Positions 34,908 through 44,206 of a stretch of DNA of 57,114 nucleotides are shown here, one piece after another. The translations under genes and the position numbers were made by a program. Each line of letters starts with the position of its first letter. Within the stretch, counting starts at the first letter, position 1. The notes below the pieces were generated by a model. The model did no database searches. It was not told the DNA's origin and was given only the letters and a program-made list of their open reading frames with translations. Source of the stretch: Candidatus Parcubacteria bacterium (GTDB lineage: Bacteria > Patescibacteriota > Minisyncoccia > Phycocordibacterales > UBA918); assembly GCA_039799085.1 (NCBI GenBank), contig JBDLTL010000002.1, positions 1 through 57,114 of the forward strand. The letters run 5' to 3'.

Positions 34908-36477
34908 CCCAATTTCAGAAGAACTATTTAACTCAATGAAGAAAGACCGTGTGGTACGGCAACAGATTATGAGTGGGAGCTTCAACTACTTCTTTCATTT
35001 CTACTTCGCTCACTACGTACAGTTTCCGACCGCTGCGTTCCAACGAGACCTTATCGGCAAGCTTGAGAATGAGCCTGACGAACACCTGTTTGTGGTGGCG
35101 TTTCGTGGGTCGGGCAAATCGACGATTGTAACGACAGCTTTTCCGATTTGGGCGATTCTCGGTAAACAAGAAAAGAAATTTGTTGTTATCTTTTGCCAGA
35201 CCCGAGTGCAAGCCAAACAGCACATGATGAATATTCGTAACGAACTAGAAAATAACCAATTACTCAAGAATGACCTCGGTCCCTTTAGTGAAGAGTCTGA
35301 CGAGTGGGGATCACATTCGATTGTGTTCTCAAACACTAAGTCTCGTATCACGGTCGCTTCGACTGAACAAAGTATTCGTGGACTTCGCCACCACCAACAT
35401 CGTCCAGATTTATTTATCTGTGATGACGTCGAGGACGTAGCCTCTACCAAAACCCGAGAGGGACGCAACAAGACCTATCAGTGGCTCACGGGTGATGTGA
35501 TACCAGCTGGTGACCAAGGCACACGACTCATAGTGATTGGTAACTTGCTCCATGAAGATTCTCTCCTCATGCGGTTGCGAGAGCGAGTCTTTAAGAAAGA
35601 ATTAGACGGAACCTTTATGTCTTGTGCAATTGCCGATGCTAAGGGAAAGTCTAATTGGCCAGGCAAATTCCCGAACGCTAAAGCTCTTGATAAAGAGCGA
35701 AAGAAAATCGGCGACGAAGTGGCATGGCAACGTGAGTATTTGCTTAATATTATTCCTGATGATGATCAGGTCATTCACCCTGATTGGATTCAGTACTATC
35801 ATGCCGACAAGTTGCCAGAAATTAATACGAAAGCCTATCGAGCGACGTATTCTGGCGTAGACTTGGCGATTTCAGTCAAAGACACGGCAGATTGTACGTC
35901 GATGGTATCGGCTCGGATTTATGGCAGGAACGAGAAACTCCGAGTTTTTATCATGCCTCAACCGTACAATCAGCGACTAACATTTCCGCAACAGGTGGAG
36001 TTGATGAAAGTCCACAAGAAGACTGTTCTTAATCGCAGTACCGATAAACTCATTATTGAAAGTGTTGGCTACCAAGACGCACTTGCTCAGATGCTTGACT
36101 CGCAAGGAGTCGATGCTGAGTCGGTAAAACCACATAACGATAAACGAACCCGACTGGCTCTTACGTCATCTATGATCCGCAATGGTACCGTTCTCTTCCC
36201 AGACAAGGGGTGCGAGCAGTTACTTCAGCAGATGATTGGGTTTGGTGTAGAAAAGCACGATGACTTAGCTGATGCATTCTCACTCCTTGTTCTCAAAATC
36301 GTTGAAGACTTTACTCATGAAAGTACTTTCCTCATGGCGTGGCTCGGTGACGGTGATATGGATGATAATGTCTTGTGGTACAACGACTACCGTGACGTTC
36401 TCCAAGACGTTGACTGCTTGCTTCCAAAAGCTAAAGAACAGATCGAGATAATTTTTACCAAGGATAGACGACGTTAA
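34888..36477 (+). CDS. Phage terminase large subunit
   Basis: Walker A VAFRGSGKST, Walker B LFICDDVED, and a C-terminal RNaseH-like nuclease region (GVDLA...DD..DA). Confidence 0.8.
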   Translation: MIMINNNPISEELFNSMKKDRVVRQQIMSGSFNYFFHFYFAHYVQFPTAAFQRDLIGKLENEPDEHLFVVAFRGSGKSTIVTTAFPIWAILGKQEKKFVVIFCQTRVQAKQHMMNIRNELENNQLLKNDLGPFSEESDEWGSHSIVFSNTKSRITVASTEQSIRGLRHHQHRPDLFICDDVEDVASTKTREGRNKTYQWLTGDVIPAGDQGTRLIVIGNLLHEDSLLMRLRERVFKKELDGTFMSCAIADAKGKSNWPGKFPNAKALDKERKKIGDEVAWQREYLLNIIPDDDQVIHPDWIQYYHADKLPEINTKAYRATYSGVDLAISVKDTADCTSMVSARIYGRNEKLRVFIMPQPYNQRLTFPQQVELMKVHKKTVLNRSTDKLIIESVGYQDALAQMLDSQGVDAESVKPHNDKRTRLALTSSMIRNGTVLFPDKGCEQLLQQMIGFGVEKHDDLADAFSLLVLKIVEDFTHESTFLMAWLGDGDMDDNVLWYNDYRDVLQDVDCLLPKAKEQIEIIFTKDRRR

Positions 36478-36503
36478 GCCAGTACCGAGTATGTGACGTT
36501 TTT

Positions 36504-36531
36504 CAAACCCTGCATAGCTATGCAGGGTTTG
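36504..36531. repeat. 28-bp perfect palindrome upstream of the serine recombinase gene
   Basis: caaaccctgcatag / ctatgcagggtttg. This could be a terminator hairpin for terL or a recombinase/regulator site. Confidence 0.7.
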
Positions 36532-36553
36532 TGGTTCTGTCATTAATTAACCT

Positions 36554-37831
36554 ATGACAGAGGTATTACAAAGCGACTATAAATACGTCCTATACGCACG
36601 TAAGTCGACCGAAGGCGATGAAAAACAAGCTCTTTCAATTGATTCACAGATTAAAGAAATGACTCAAATTGCTGAACGAGAGAAGCTCAATATTGTTGAG
36701 ATAAGACGAGAGTCTCACTCAGCTAAAGAATCAAGTCAGCGTCCTGTATTTGAGGAAATAGTACGAGATATCGATAACGGCATTTTTAATGCCGTTATCA
36801 CATGGGCTCCTGATAGACTTTCTCGTAATGCAGGCGACCTAGGCAAGCTTGTAGACCGAATGGACCAGAAGAAACTCATAACGATAAAGACTTTTGGACA
36901 AAACTTCACAAATTCACCAAGTGACAAGTTTCTCCTCATGATCTTGTGTTCGCAAGCCAAGCTCGAGAATGACAATAAAAGTATCAATGTGAAGCGTGGT
37001 ATGAGAACGAGGTGTGAGATGGGCTTGTGGCCAGCTCAGCCACCAACGGGGTACCGAAAAGTTGATGGGCGACTTGCAAAATGCGAGGTGGAAATTGATC
37101 CTGAAAGAGCTGATATTATACGGCAAGTCTTTGAAAAGATTGCCTATGAGAAATGGAGTGCTTCCAAGGTGCATGCGTGGCTTAAATACGATCTAAACTT
37201 CCGTACTTTACGTGGTTATCACTTAAGTATTGGGAATGTCTTCAAAATCATTAATAACACTTTCTACTATGGCAGATTTGAGTTCCCTCAAGGTTCTGGT
37301 ATCTGGTATGACGGCAAGCACACACCCCTTATAACCAAAGAGCTATTTGATGAGACCAGAAACTCAATCAAATCACAGGTCATAAAGTCACAAGGCAAGG
37401 AATTTGCCTTCACTCGAATGATGAAGTGTGGAGTTTGTGGATCGGGTATTACGGCTGACGAGAAATTCAAGAAACTCAAAGCTGGAGGAGTGAATCGTCA
37501 TGTCTACTATCGTTGTACCAAAGCAAAGGACAGAAGTTGCAAGAATCCAGCAATTAATGAGCCCGACTTAATTACAGCCATGACAAAAATGCTCGATACT
37601 ATCAGTCTTGATCAAGTGAAGCTAAACACCAAGCTGAATGCTGAAATTCAGAAGTTTAAGAAGCTTCAGGCGATGTTTCTAGGAAAGAAGAAGACTGAAA
37701 AGATCGAATCAATTGATGTGCGTGATTATGCAAGATTTGTACTCACTGAAGGAAGCGTACTTGAGCAGAGGTCTGTATTGGAGTGTATTAGCAGTGAATT
37801 GATTTTAAAAAATTCAATTATAAAAATTTAG
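36554..37831 (+). CDS. Large serine recombinase (integrase)
   Basis: Resolvase catalytic N-terminus YARKSTEGDEKQALSIDSQ, a recombinase domain, and a zinc ribbon CGVCGS...YYRC. Confidence 0.9.
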   Translation: MTEVLQSDYKYVLYARKSTEGDEKQALSIDSQIKEMTQIAEREKLNIVEIRRESHSAKESSQRPVFEEIVRDIDNGIFNAVITWAPDRLSRNAGDLGKLVDRMDQKKLITIKTFGQNFTNSPSDKFLLMILCSQAKLENDNKSINVKRGMRTRCEMGLWPAQPPTGYRKVDGRLAKCEVEIDPERADIIRQVFEKIAYEKWSASKVHAWLKYDLNFRTLRGYHLSIGNVFKIINNTFYYGRFEFPQGSGIWYDGKHTPLITKELFDETRNSIKSQVIKSQGKEFAFTRMMKCGVCGSGITADEKFKKLKAGGVNRHVYYRCTKAKDRSCKNPAINEPDLITAMTKMLDTISLDQVKLNTKLNAEIQKFKKLQAMFLGKKKTEKIESIDVRDYARFVLTEGSVLEQRSVLECISSELILKNSIIKI

Positions 37832-38817
37832 GTTTTCTTTTGGTAGTATTTATCCAGTTCCTTGAATATTTCAGGACTGTAATACATTTTTTTATTTTTC
37901 TTTGTGTCTAAATCTAGATACCTTGGTCTAGCATATTTGTAACCACCTATAGACTCAAGTGTCCTTTTTATGGCATGAAATTTTGGATTTGGCTTGAAAT
38001 CAATGTACCTCTCTTTACATGTTTCTTGTAACTTTTTAAAGGACAGTGGATATTTTGTCTGGAAAACATTGTCTTCTTCAACCTTTACCGGTACAGCTTT
38101 TGGATCGTCAGTATATCTAACTGACATAGCGGAGGTTGAATTACTCTTGACGAATTTAGTTTCGAGAGCCAGTCCAATATTGTGTGTCTTGCTTTCGTCC
38201 GATGGATATTTCTTTTCTTTCCGTTTAATAAAAGAGAGAATATTTTTAATCTGGATTGGAATTTTATTAAGTGAGTGACTTTCGAATTCAAATGGATGAA
38301 AGAAAGAAAGTGGCATCAAATAAAAATTGTATCTGCTCAGATCTTCTTCAAACCAGTCACGATTTATTGCTACGTAACTTCTAAGAGTTGCTGTACCAAT
38401 TTCCAACACCTTTTTACTAAATGATTTATCATCATTTGTGAAATGTACTGCGTTATCTCTGATCTCTACAAGCAACTCAATATTTTCTCGTAAGATTTTA
38501 TCCGGATTTGTTTTATCAAGTGCGGTATATATATCTATGGTTTGAGGATTGCCGCTTCGGTTAGTTGCTGGAAAAAATCTTTTCAGTACTTTGTTATCTT
38601 TAGTTCTTGTTTTCCCAGGTTTATAAATTGATTTTAGTACATTCTTGTTATCTTTTAATACTTTTGCTTTAAGAAGAAGTTCCCATGCATTTACCATTAA
38701 GATCGCAAAAGTTTCTTCACGATAATGGAAATCTGGTTTGTTGTATATTTCAATTGCTGAGACGGCAGCGGCAAGTGACTTATCAAGGAGATTCTTGTAT
38801 TTTTGTCGCTTTGCCAT
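37828..38817 (-). CDS. Uncharacterised 329-aa protein, last gene of the Type III R-M operon (N-terminus reminiscent of DUF3644; recalled, unverified)
   Basis: N-terminal AAAVSAIEIYNKPDFHYREETFAILMVNAWELLLKAK. It starts 6 nt after the res stop and overlaps the recombinase gene stop by 4 nt. Confidence 0.6.
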   Translation of the reverse strand: MAKRQKYKNLLDKSLAAAVSAIEIYNKPDFHYREETFAILMVNAWELLLKAKVLKDNKNVLKSIYKPGKTRTKDNKVLKRFFPATNRSGNPQTIDIYTALDKTNPDKILRENIELLVEIRDNAVHFTNDDKSFSKKVLEIGTATLRSYVAINRDWFEEDLSRYNFYLMPLSFFHPFEFESHSLNKIPIQIKNILSFIKRKEKKYPSDESKTHNIGLALETKFVKSNSTSAMSVRYTDDPKAVPVKVEEDNVFQTKYPLSFKKLQETCKERYIDFKPNPKFHAIKRTLESIGGYKYARPRYLDLDTKKNKKMYYSPEIFKELDKYYQKKT

Positions 38818-38822
38818 ATTTT

Positions 38823-41738
38823 TTAGAACAATTTACCTCCGGCCATAGCTTCACTAACTTTTGCCAGCTCGCAAATCTCACTTATTGAAGCATTATTACT
38901 CTTAAGACTATAGAAGTTATTTTCACCAAGTAACACGTATGACCACTCTCTACTCATTCTTTCTTCTGGTGGTAGTGAATTAGTTCGCTTCACCCAATCA
39001 ATTGTAGCAAGTTGTTTTTGCTTAACATTTTGATCATTCAGATCTTTGTCTGCTTTTGTTTCAACCAAGTAGATTTTATCTGTCGTCTTTATAATAAAAT
39101 CAGGAGAATACAAAGAAAGAAGACCGTCTGCACGAATGTATGAGATTGTTGCGAATGAGTGATAATACTCATTTACTTTAATAAGAGATTCAACATTTGA
39201 ATCTGAGTCTGCGTATTCCAGCAGGTTTTTTTCGAACTCACCTTTGTTAGACGGGTACGGTAAACGTTCGTATATAGTTTTTGCAATCTCTAGGGAGTAA
39301 TTTTCACGCATTCGAAGCTCTGTAACTTCGGAAAAATATCTCTTTTCAACTTTTGCCTCCGTAGGTTGAATTGACTGTTGCATGCTGAAAATAGCTTTAC
39401 CAATTTCCTTAACAATATGGTCTGTAATTAGACCGTTTTTAAGTAGCAGTACCTTCCAATTATTGTCTGCAAAAGGGTTAAAGTTGTCACCAAACAATCT
39501 GCTTCGAACATAACGATCTACTGTGCCAGCAATAGCTACCGTGTTTACTTGGAGAGACGGAAATACTTTATTCTTTCTCTGACTAATTCGATCAAGACGA
39601 TTTACAACGACTGAGACAATCTTTTGGAGGTATTCGTTGTAGCTTTGTGACTTAAACAATGCGCCATCTACTACATATTCTCCAAAACGTGTCTTTACTG
39701 TCATTTCTTCGGATACGAATTTTTCACCATCGGCAGCAAAAAACTTCCTCAGCTCTTCAAGAGGATACAATGTAAAAGGTTCAAGTGAAGTAACATCAAT
39801 TTCAGTCTCAACTAGTTCCTCATCAGCATCACGTACTATAAATGGCCAGAACAAGTCGTATTGAGGATAGTTTTCTCGTAGACCAACTTTGATAATGTCA
39901 CCTAGCACACCTTTACTGTCTTGAGGATCATCTCCAATCTCACCAAGTAATCCTTCTTTAAGGAGATCTTCATAGAATTGAATGAAGGCTGGGTGTTCAA
40001 TAATTGTTAAGATATCAAGATAGTTACTTGGCTCTCGTTTTTCCGAAAGAAGACGCCTACGATTATCTGCTTTGATTTCTAAAAACTCCGGCTCACGCCA
40101 CATCAAGCGAAGCCCTCGACCAATTGTTTGTTCAAGCAATATTGGGGCGGAAGAGGAGCGCAAAGGTACAACTACACAAATGTTACTTACATCAAAGCCT
40201 TCACGGAGCATAAGTACAGAAACAATAACTTTTGGATGTTCATGTTTGTCTACGTTGAAGAGTTTTTGCTTAACCTCTTTCCACTCATCTTCAGGAAGCT
40301 CTCCTTTACGGTTTGAATCAATACGCATTACATCATCATCTGAGAGACCCTCTGTTTTGAGAAAATCTTCAATAAATGGTGTCACTGTCGTATCTTCACA
40401 CATCACAAGCATCTTAGGATGTTTATTTGAAGCACCATTCTTATCCGCGGTAAAAGAGGTGAAGTGCTCCTCTAAAATACGGAGCTTGTTGAGTCCTGCA
40501 CGGAGCATCATTTTTTGTCCCTCTGACAACCCAACAACCACAGCATTTTCTCGGATAGCATTGTATTCAAGAGGTAAATCAACAAGCTCCTTTCTTTTAT
40601 CAATGACTATTGTCTTTACTAGACCACCACGGATTGCTGTCTTAAGATCAAAATCAACAATAACGTGTGGGAAATAGTGTTTTACTCGATTTTGCCCACT
40701 ACCAGTTACCTCGTACGGAGTTGCAGAAATGTCAATTTGAATAAAGCTAGATCCCTTTGAATGCGAGATAGCATTAAGACTCTTTTGCCACTCTACTTCT
40801 TTAATTTCACCATATGATTTGTTTTCATGAATGTGGTGAGCCTCATCATTCATTACCATTAAATCTGGAAGGTCTTTAAGAAATTCGATTTCCTTACCAC
40901 TTTGGTACTGCGAGTCGAGTGTGTCTAGACTATTTCCACCAGAAGTTCCTGGACGAACAGGAAAAACATCTCGAATAACACCGCCTATGTCATCCATGGG
41001 CGCACTGTCTTCAGTTATATCCTCATCAGTGATAAAGAGGTGCCAGTTTGCGATGGCAATTATTCCATCTCCAGTCACTTTTGTTCCGATTTCTTGTTTG
41101 CGAGCTACTGAGTTTTGTATAAAACCAAATATGTCATCCCGATAGCTTGGTGGTATGAAGGTCTCTCTAAATAAATATAGATCAGAGGTCTCAAAGTCAC
41201 GGTCACCAGCTGGTTTTTCTTTACCAAGATAAGCATCAAGGAGTCGCTCATACACGATGAGACCCGGGGCAACAAGAAGAAAGTTTTTTGTAAATTTACC
41301 AGTCTTTTGTTCCTCATATCGTGCGTTTAGGTATTGCCATACCAGTAATGCGTGCATGACCCACGTCTTACCAGTACCAGTTGCCATCTTTATGGCGTAT
41401 TTTGGTATCTCGTATTTCGACTTCTTGAACTCAGTCATGTCCATTTCAGACATGAGTTCAAATTCAGTAGTTTCGTATATCTCTCGTACTGACTTCACTC
41501 CGATTACTTCATGGAGATAGACCGTATTCAAGATAGCTTGTCGCTGACCTTCATGAAAGTTTGCATATCGTGTTTCAGTATGAGGAGAGGTAAACCAAAA
41601 TGTTAGTAAATCACGAGTTACAGGAGTGACTTTAGAGAGCAATTCACTATTTGCCCATGACTCATTTACCTTGTCCGTGAGTGAGCGTGCTAGCTTAAGT
41701 GGTATGTCACGTGTACCAATGTTTATTGGAGTTGCCAT
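38823..41738 (-). CDS. res: Type III restriction endonuclease Res subunit (SF2 helicase plus PD-(D/E)xK nuclease)
   Basis: MATGTGKTW (motif I), MNDEAHH (DEAH), ISATP (III), and C-terminal SPDFIIKT...YLVETKADKD nuclease motif. Confidence 0.85.
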   Translation of the reverse strand: MATPINIGTRDIPLKLARSLTDKVNESWANSELLSKVTPVTRDLLTFWFTSPHTETRYANFHEGQRQAILNTVYLHEVIGVKSVREIYETTEFELMSEMDMTEFKKSKYEIPKYAIKMATGTGKTWVMHALLVWQYLNARYEEQKTGKFTKNFLLVAPGLIVYERLLDAYLGKEKPAGDRDFETSDLYLFRETFIPPSYRDDIFGFIQNSVARKQEIGTKVTGDGIIAIANWHLFITDEDITEDSAPMDDIGGVIRDVFPVRPGTSGGNSLDTLDSQYQSGKEIEFLKDLPDLMVMNDEAHHIHENKSYGEIKEVEWQKSLNAISHSKGSSFIQIDISATPYEVTGSGQNRVKHYFPHVIVDFDLKTAIRGGLVKTIVIDKRKELVDLPLEYNAIRENAVVVGLSEGQKMMLRAGLNKLRILEEHFTSFTADKNGASNKHPKMLVMCEDTTVTPFIEDFLKTEGLSDDDVMRIDSNRKGELPEDEWKEVKQKLFNVDKHEHPKVIVSVLMLREGFDVSNICVVVPLRSSSAPILLEQTIGRGLRLMWREPEFLEIKADNRRRLLSEKREPSNYLDILTIIEHPAFIQFYEDLLKEGLLGEIGDDPQDSKGVLGDIIKVGLRENYPQYDLFWPFIVRDADEELVETEIDVTSLEPFTLYPLEELRKFFAADGEKFVSEEMTVKTRFGEYVVDGALFKSQSYNEYLQKIVSVVVNRLDRISQRKNKVFPSLQVNTVAIAGTVDRYVRSRLFGDNFNPFADNNWKVLLLKNGLITDHIVKEIGKAIFSMQQSIQPTEAKVEKRYFSEVTELRMRENYSLEIAKTIYERLPYPSNKGEFEKNLLEYADSDSNVESLIKVNEYYHSFATISYIRADGLLSLYSPDFIIKTTDKIYLVETKADKDLNDQNVKQKQLATIDWVKRTNSLPPEERMSREWSYVLLGENNFYSLKSNNASISEICELAKVSEAMAGGKLF

Positions 41739-41740
41739 AT

Positions 41741-43612
41741 CTATACTTTCTTAATTACGACACTTTCAAACCCAAATACATCAACTGCCTTAACGCATAC
41801 CGTACGGTCTTCTTTTTTCGGAACGAGAAAATCCACCTCATAAAGAACTCTCATAGAGTCTCCATCTTTTTCAGTATTTCCACGGTAATCTTGCCAGCGA
41901 CTTCGGAAAGTTACTCCGTCGTAGTCAGGATCAATGCTCCAATACTCAATGAGTGCCAATGAGTCTTCCGCAAGGATGTCTGATAGCTTTTCTTTATCCT
42001 TCTCATCAAGTGGCAAAATGTCTGCAGATAGAAGGGCGTAATAATCCAACGCAACTTTAATTCGTTCATCATCTCCATGATCACCTTCAGTTTTTTCAAT
42101 AGATTTTAGTACGAGATATTGAGGAGTAGAGAATCGAATTTTGCCACTATCGATAAGCTTTTTGTAACTAGCTTTTGTTTTAAGACGATCAATAAGGTCT
42201 GGAGGTATTACTGCCACATCGAGATTCTCATCATCAAGAGAACCCTTAGCATCTACAATGTCATGTGAAAAGTTCCAGCCAAGCACTACCACTTTTCGCC
42301 AACCACCCATGAATGTATTTCGTAATTCCTGTGCTTTCTTGAGTGTTGAAAGACCAGTTACTTTATTTGGCGAATCAACGTACACGAGTGTTTTTGATTC
42401 CTTGATGTATCCAAGATTTCGTTGACTTGATTCAGAGTCAGGGAAAGGAATCGCACCATATAGTTGCATTACCACTTGTGACAAGTCACCGATACGTTTA
42501 AATAACTTACTTCCAGCAATTGCTTCTTTTTGATAGTCACCGACTGATTGGTATAGAAAAGGTTTTGCATTTTGATCTATAAGTCGTTTTCGTGTGACCA
42601 TGCAAGCAGGTTTACCAAGATCGGACATTATCCATTTACGTCCAAGTCTTTCAGCAACAGCTCCAGTTGTACCCGAGCCCATAAAAAAGTCTGCCACAAC
42701 ACCACCTTCAGGGCATGATGAATCAATGATCCTTTGAAGTAACTTCTCGGGCTTCTGGGTATTATAGTTTACGAGTTCATTTCTAGACTTTACGTGACCT
42801 ATGGTCCATACATCATCAGATAATTTTGTATCACTCTTTAAATACTCCGCTTTATCACTATTGAATCCTGCAGCGTACTTGCTTCTATTTATCGTGCCCT
42901 CAGCATATTTCTCTCGAACGTACTCTGAACCGGAATTAAAATAAAAATTGTTTGCATTCTTTGCGTATCGGAATATGTTGTCATGTTTTCGTGGGAAAAA
43001 CGATTGCGTTACAGACATCGAGGGATAATGCCATATGATTTCGTTGATGAAATTTTCCTTGCCAAAAATTTCATCCAACAAAATTTTTGCATAATGTCCG
43101 ACATGCCAATCAATATGTACATATATTGATCCAGTGTCAGAAAGTAACTCTTTCATCAATGCAAGACGAGGATATAACATTTTAAGATAGGAAACAGTAC
43201 CGTCTTTCCATGTGTCTGAATATGCGAATTGTTCAATTACTGTTGGCTTTTGTTCAAGATCAGCGCCTGGAAGTACCACCTTTGAACGATAATCAGCTTT
43301 TGAGTCGAATGGAGGATCGATATAGATGAGATCAATCTTACCTCGCATTGAAGGCAGGCCAGTGGCAGGATCGCCAGCGAGGAGTGATTGCATCACTAAA
43401 AGATTGTCACCATAGACGAGTCGGTTCATCCAATCTGAAAATTGCGGAACCTCACCCATGAACATTCCTGCCGTTTCTTTTGACGGAAGTACCAGCTCGT
43501 TTGTCTGCAGACCAAGCTTGTTTGTGCTTGAGAGTCGCTCAAGTATCTCCTCAACTTCTTTTCGTCCATCTGCGACAATCTTTGGAAGTTCTTCTATCAA
43601 TGATTTTTTCAT
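41741..43612 (-). CDS. mod: Type III Mod DNA methyltransferase (beta-class N6-adenine)
   Basis: [10 protein letters not shown] (motif IV) followed by [21 protein letters not shown] (motif I). It ends 3 nt upstream of res. Confidence 0.85.
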   Translation of the reverse strand: MKKSLIEELPKIVADGRKEVEEILERLSSTNKLGLQTNELVLPSKETAGMFMGEVPQFSDWMNRLVYGDNLLVMQSLLAGDPATGLPSMRGKIDLIYIDPPFDSKADYRSKVVLPGADLEQKPTVIEQFAYSDTWKDGTVSYLKMLYPRLALMKELLSDTGSIYVHIDWHVGHYAKILLDEIFGKENFINEIIWHYPSMSVTQSFFPRKHDNIFRYAKNANNFYFNSGSEYVREKYAEGTINRSKYAAGFNSDKAEYLKSDTKLSDDVWTIGHVKSRNELVNYNTQKPEKLLQRIIDSSCPEGGVVADFFMGSGTTGAVAERLGRKWIMSDLGKPACMVTRKRLIDQNAKPFLYQSVGDYQKEAIAGSKLFKRIGDLSQVVMQLYGAIPFPDSESSQRNLGYIKESKTLVYVDSPNKVTGLSTLKKAQELRNTFMGGWRKVVVLGWNFSHDIVDAKGSLDDENLDVAVIPPDLIDRLKTKASYKKLIDSGKIRFSTPQYLVLKSIEKTEGDHGDDERIKVALDYYALLSADILPLDEKDKEKLSDILAEDSLALIEYWSIDPDYDGVTFRSRWQDYRGNTEKDGDSMRVLYEVDFLVPKKEDRTVCVKAVDVFGFESVVIKKV

Positions 43613-43614
43613 AT

Positions 43615-43821
43615 TTATTTCAAAAGCTCGGCGGCTGTGACCCCAAGTACTTTGGCTAAGCTGGTAATTGTTGAAAGAGTAGGGTTTGTCTTGCCGTTCT
43701 CAATGTTGCTCACGAACGATTTATCTACACCAATTAGCTCGGCTAGCTGACTCTGGGTAATATTCTTATTAGCACGAAGCGTTTTAAGATTAGTACCCAG
43801 TTTTTTTGACTCCTCTTGCAT
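43615..43821 (-). CDS. XRE-family HTH protein, probable R-M controller (C) protein
   Basis: 68 aa with [32 protein letters not shown]. Its stop lies 3 nt before the mod start. Confidence 0.75.
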   Translation of the reverse strand: MQEESKKLGTNLKTLRANKNITQSQLAELIGVDKSFVSNIENGKTNPTLSTITSLAKVLGVTAAELLK

Positions 43822-43868
43822 AGACAGAGTCTACCACAGTTAGTTGTATTAAACTACAACTTGTCTAC
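43821..43868. promoter_or_regulatory. Nested palindromes at the C-gene start (candidate C-boxes/operator)
   Basis: tagac-aga-gtcta (43821-43833), gttgta-ttaaac-tacaac (43843-43860) and gtctac (43863-43868). Confidence 0.45.
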
Positions 43869-43892
43869 ATGGTTTACCTCAGAAAAAAGTTG

Positions 43893-43898
43893 TATAAT
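43893..43898 (+). promoter_or_regulatory. -10 box (TATAAT) for the retron-like non-coding transcript
   Basis: A consensus TATAAT preceded by TG. It is followed within 4-8 nt by the a1 repeat. Confidence 0.5.
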
Positions 43899-43901
43899 TT
43901 C

Positions 43902-44095
43902 ATTGCTTACAAATAGAGCCACCTTTGTTTTTGTCTTTTAATCAAAAAGACTTCAGGGTAAAGACAGTAAGACCTGTTAATGCGTAACTGATGAGCTCCG
44001 CTCGACAGGTACGCACCACCAGTTAGTACCACCTTTGCTTTGTCCCTTGAGAGGTAGGTAGTCGAATACCAACAATAACAAAATTTGTAAGTAAT
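43902..44095 (+). ncRNA. Candidate retron msr-msd non-coding RNA
   Basis: a1 attgcttacaaat (43902-43914) pairs with a2 atttgtaagtaat (44083-44095), giving 13 bp with one G-U. AGAGC follows a1 directly. There is an internal 7-bp hairpin at 43933-43951, no credible ORF, and the region lies 5-prime of the RT gene. Confidence 0.45.
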
Positions 44096-44206
44096 CTGAG
44101 GTGGCCCCGTTATTGTCCACTTCAAAATAGTCACTATGGAATTAATTATTTCATTGTTGCTTATTTGGCTTATCGCAAGAGAAACCAAATAGGGACTAAG
44201 ACCTTA

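Noticed and set aside
43907-44188. Track ORF 43907..44188 (-), 93 aa, across the retron non-coding region
   Set aside because: It has unusual Cys/Tyr/Trp-rich composition, no start context, and lies opposite the candidate msr-msd RNA. It was treated as non-coding.
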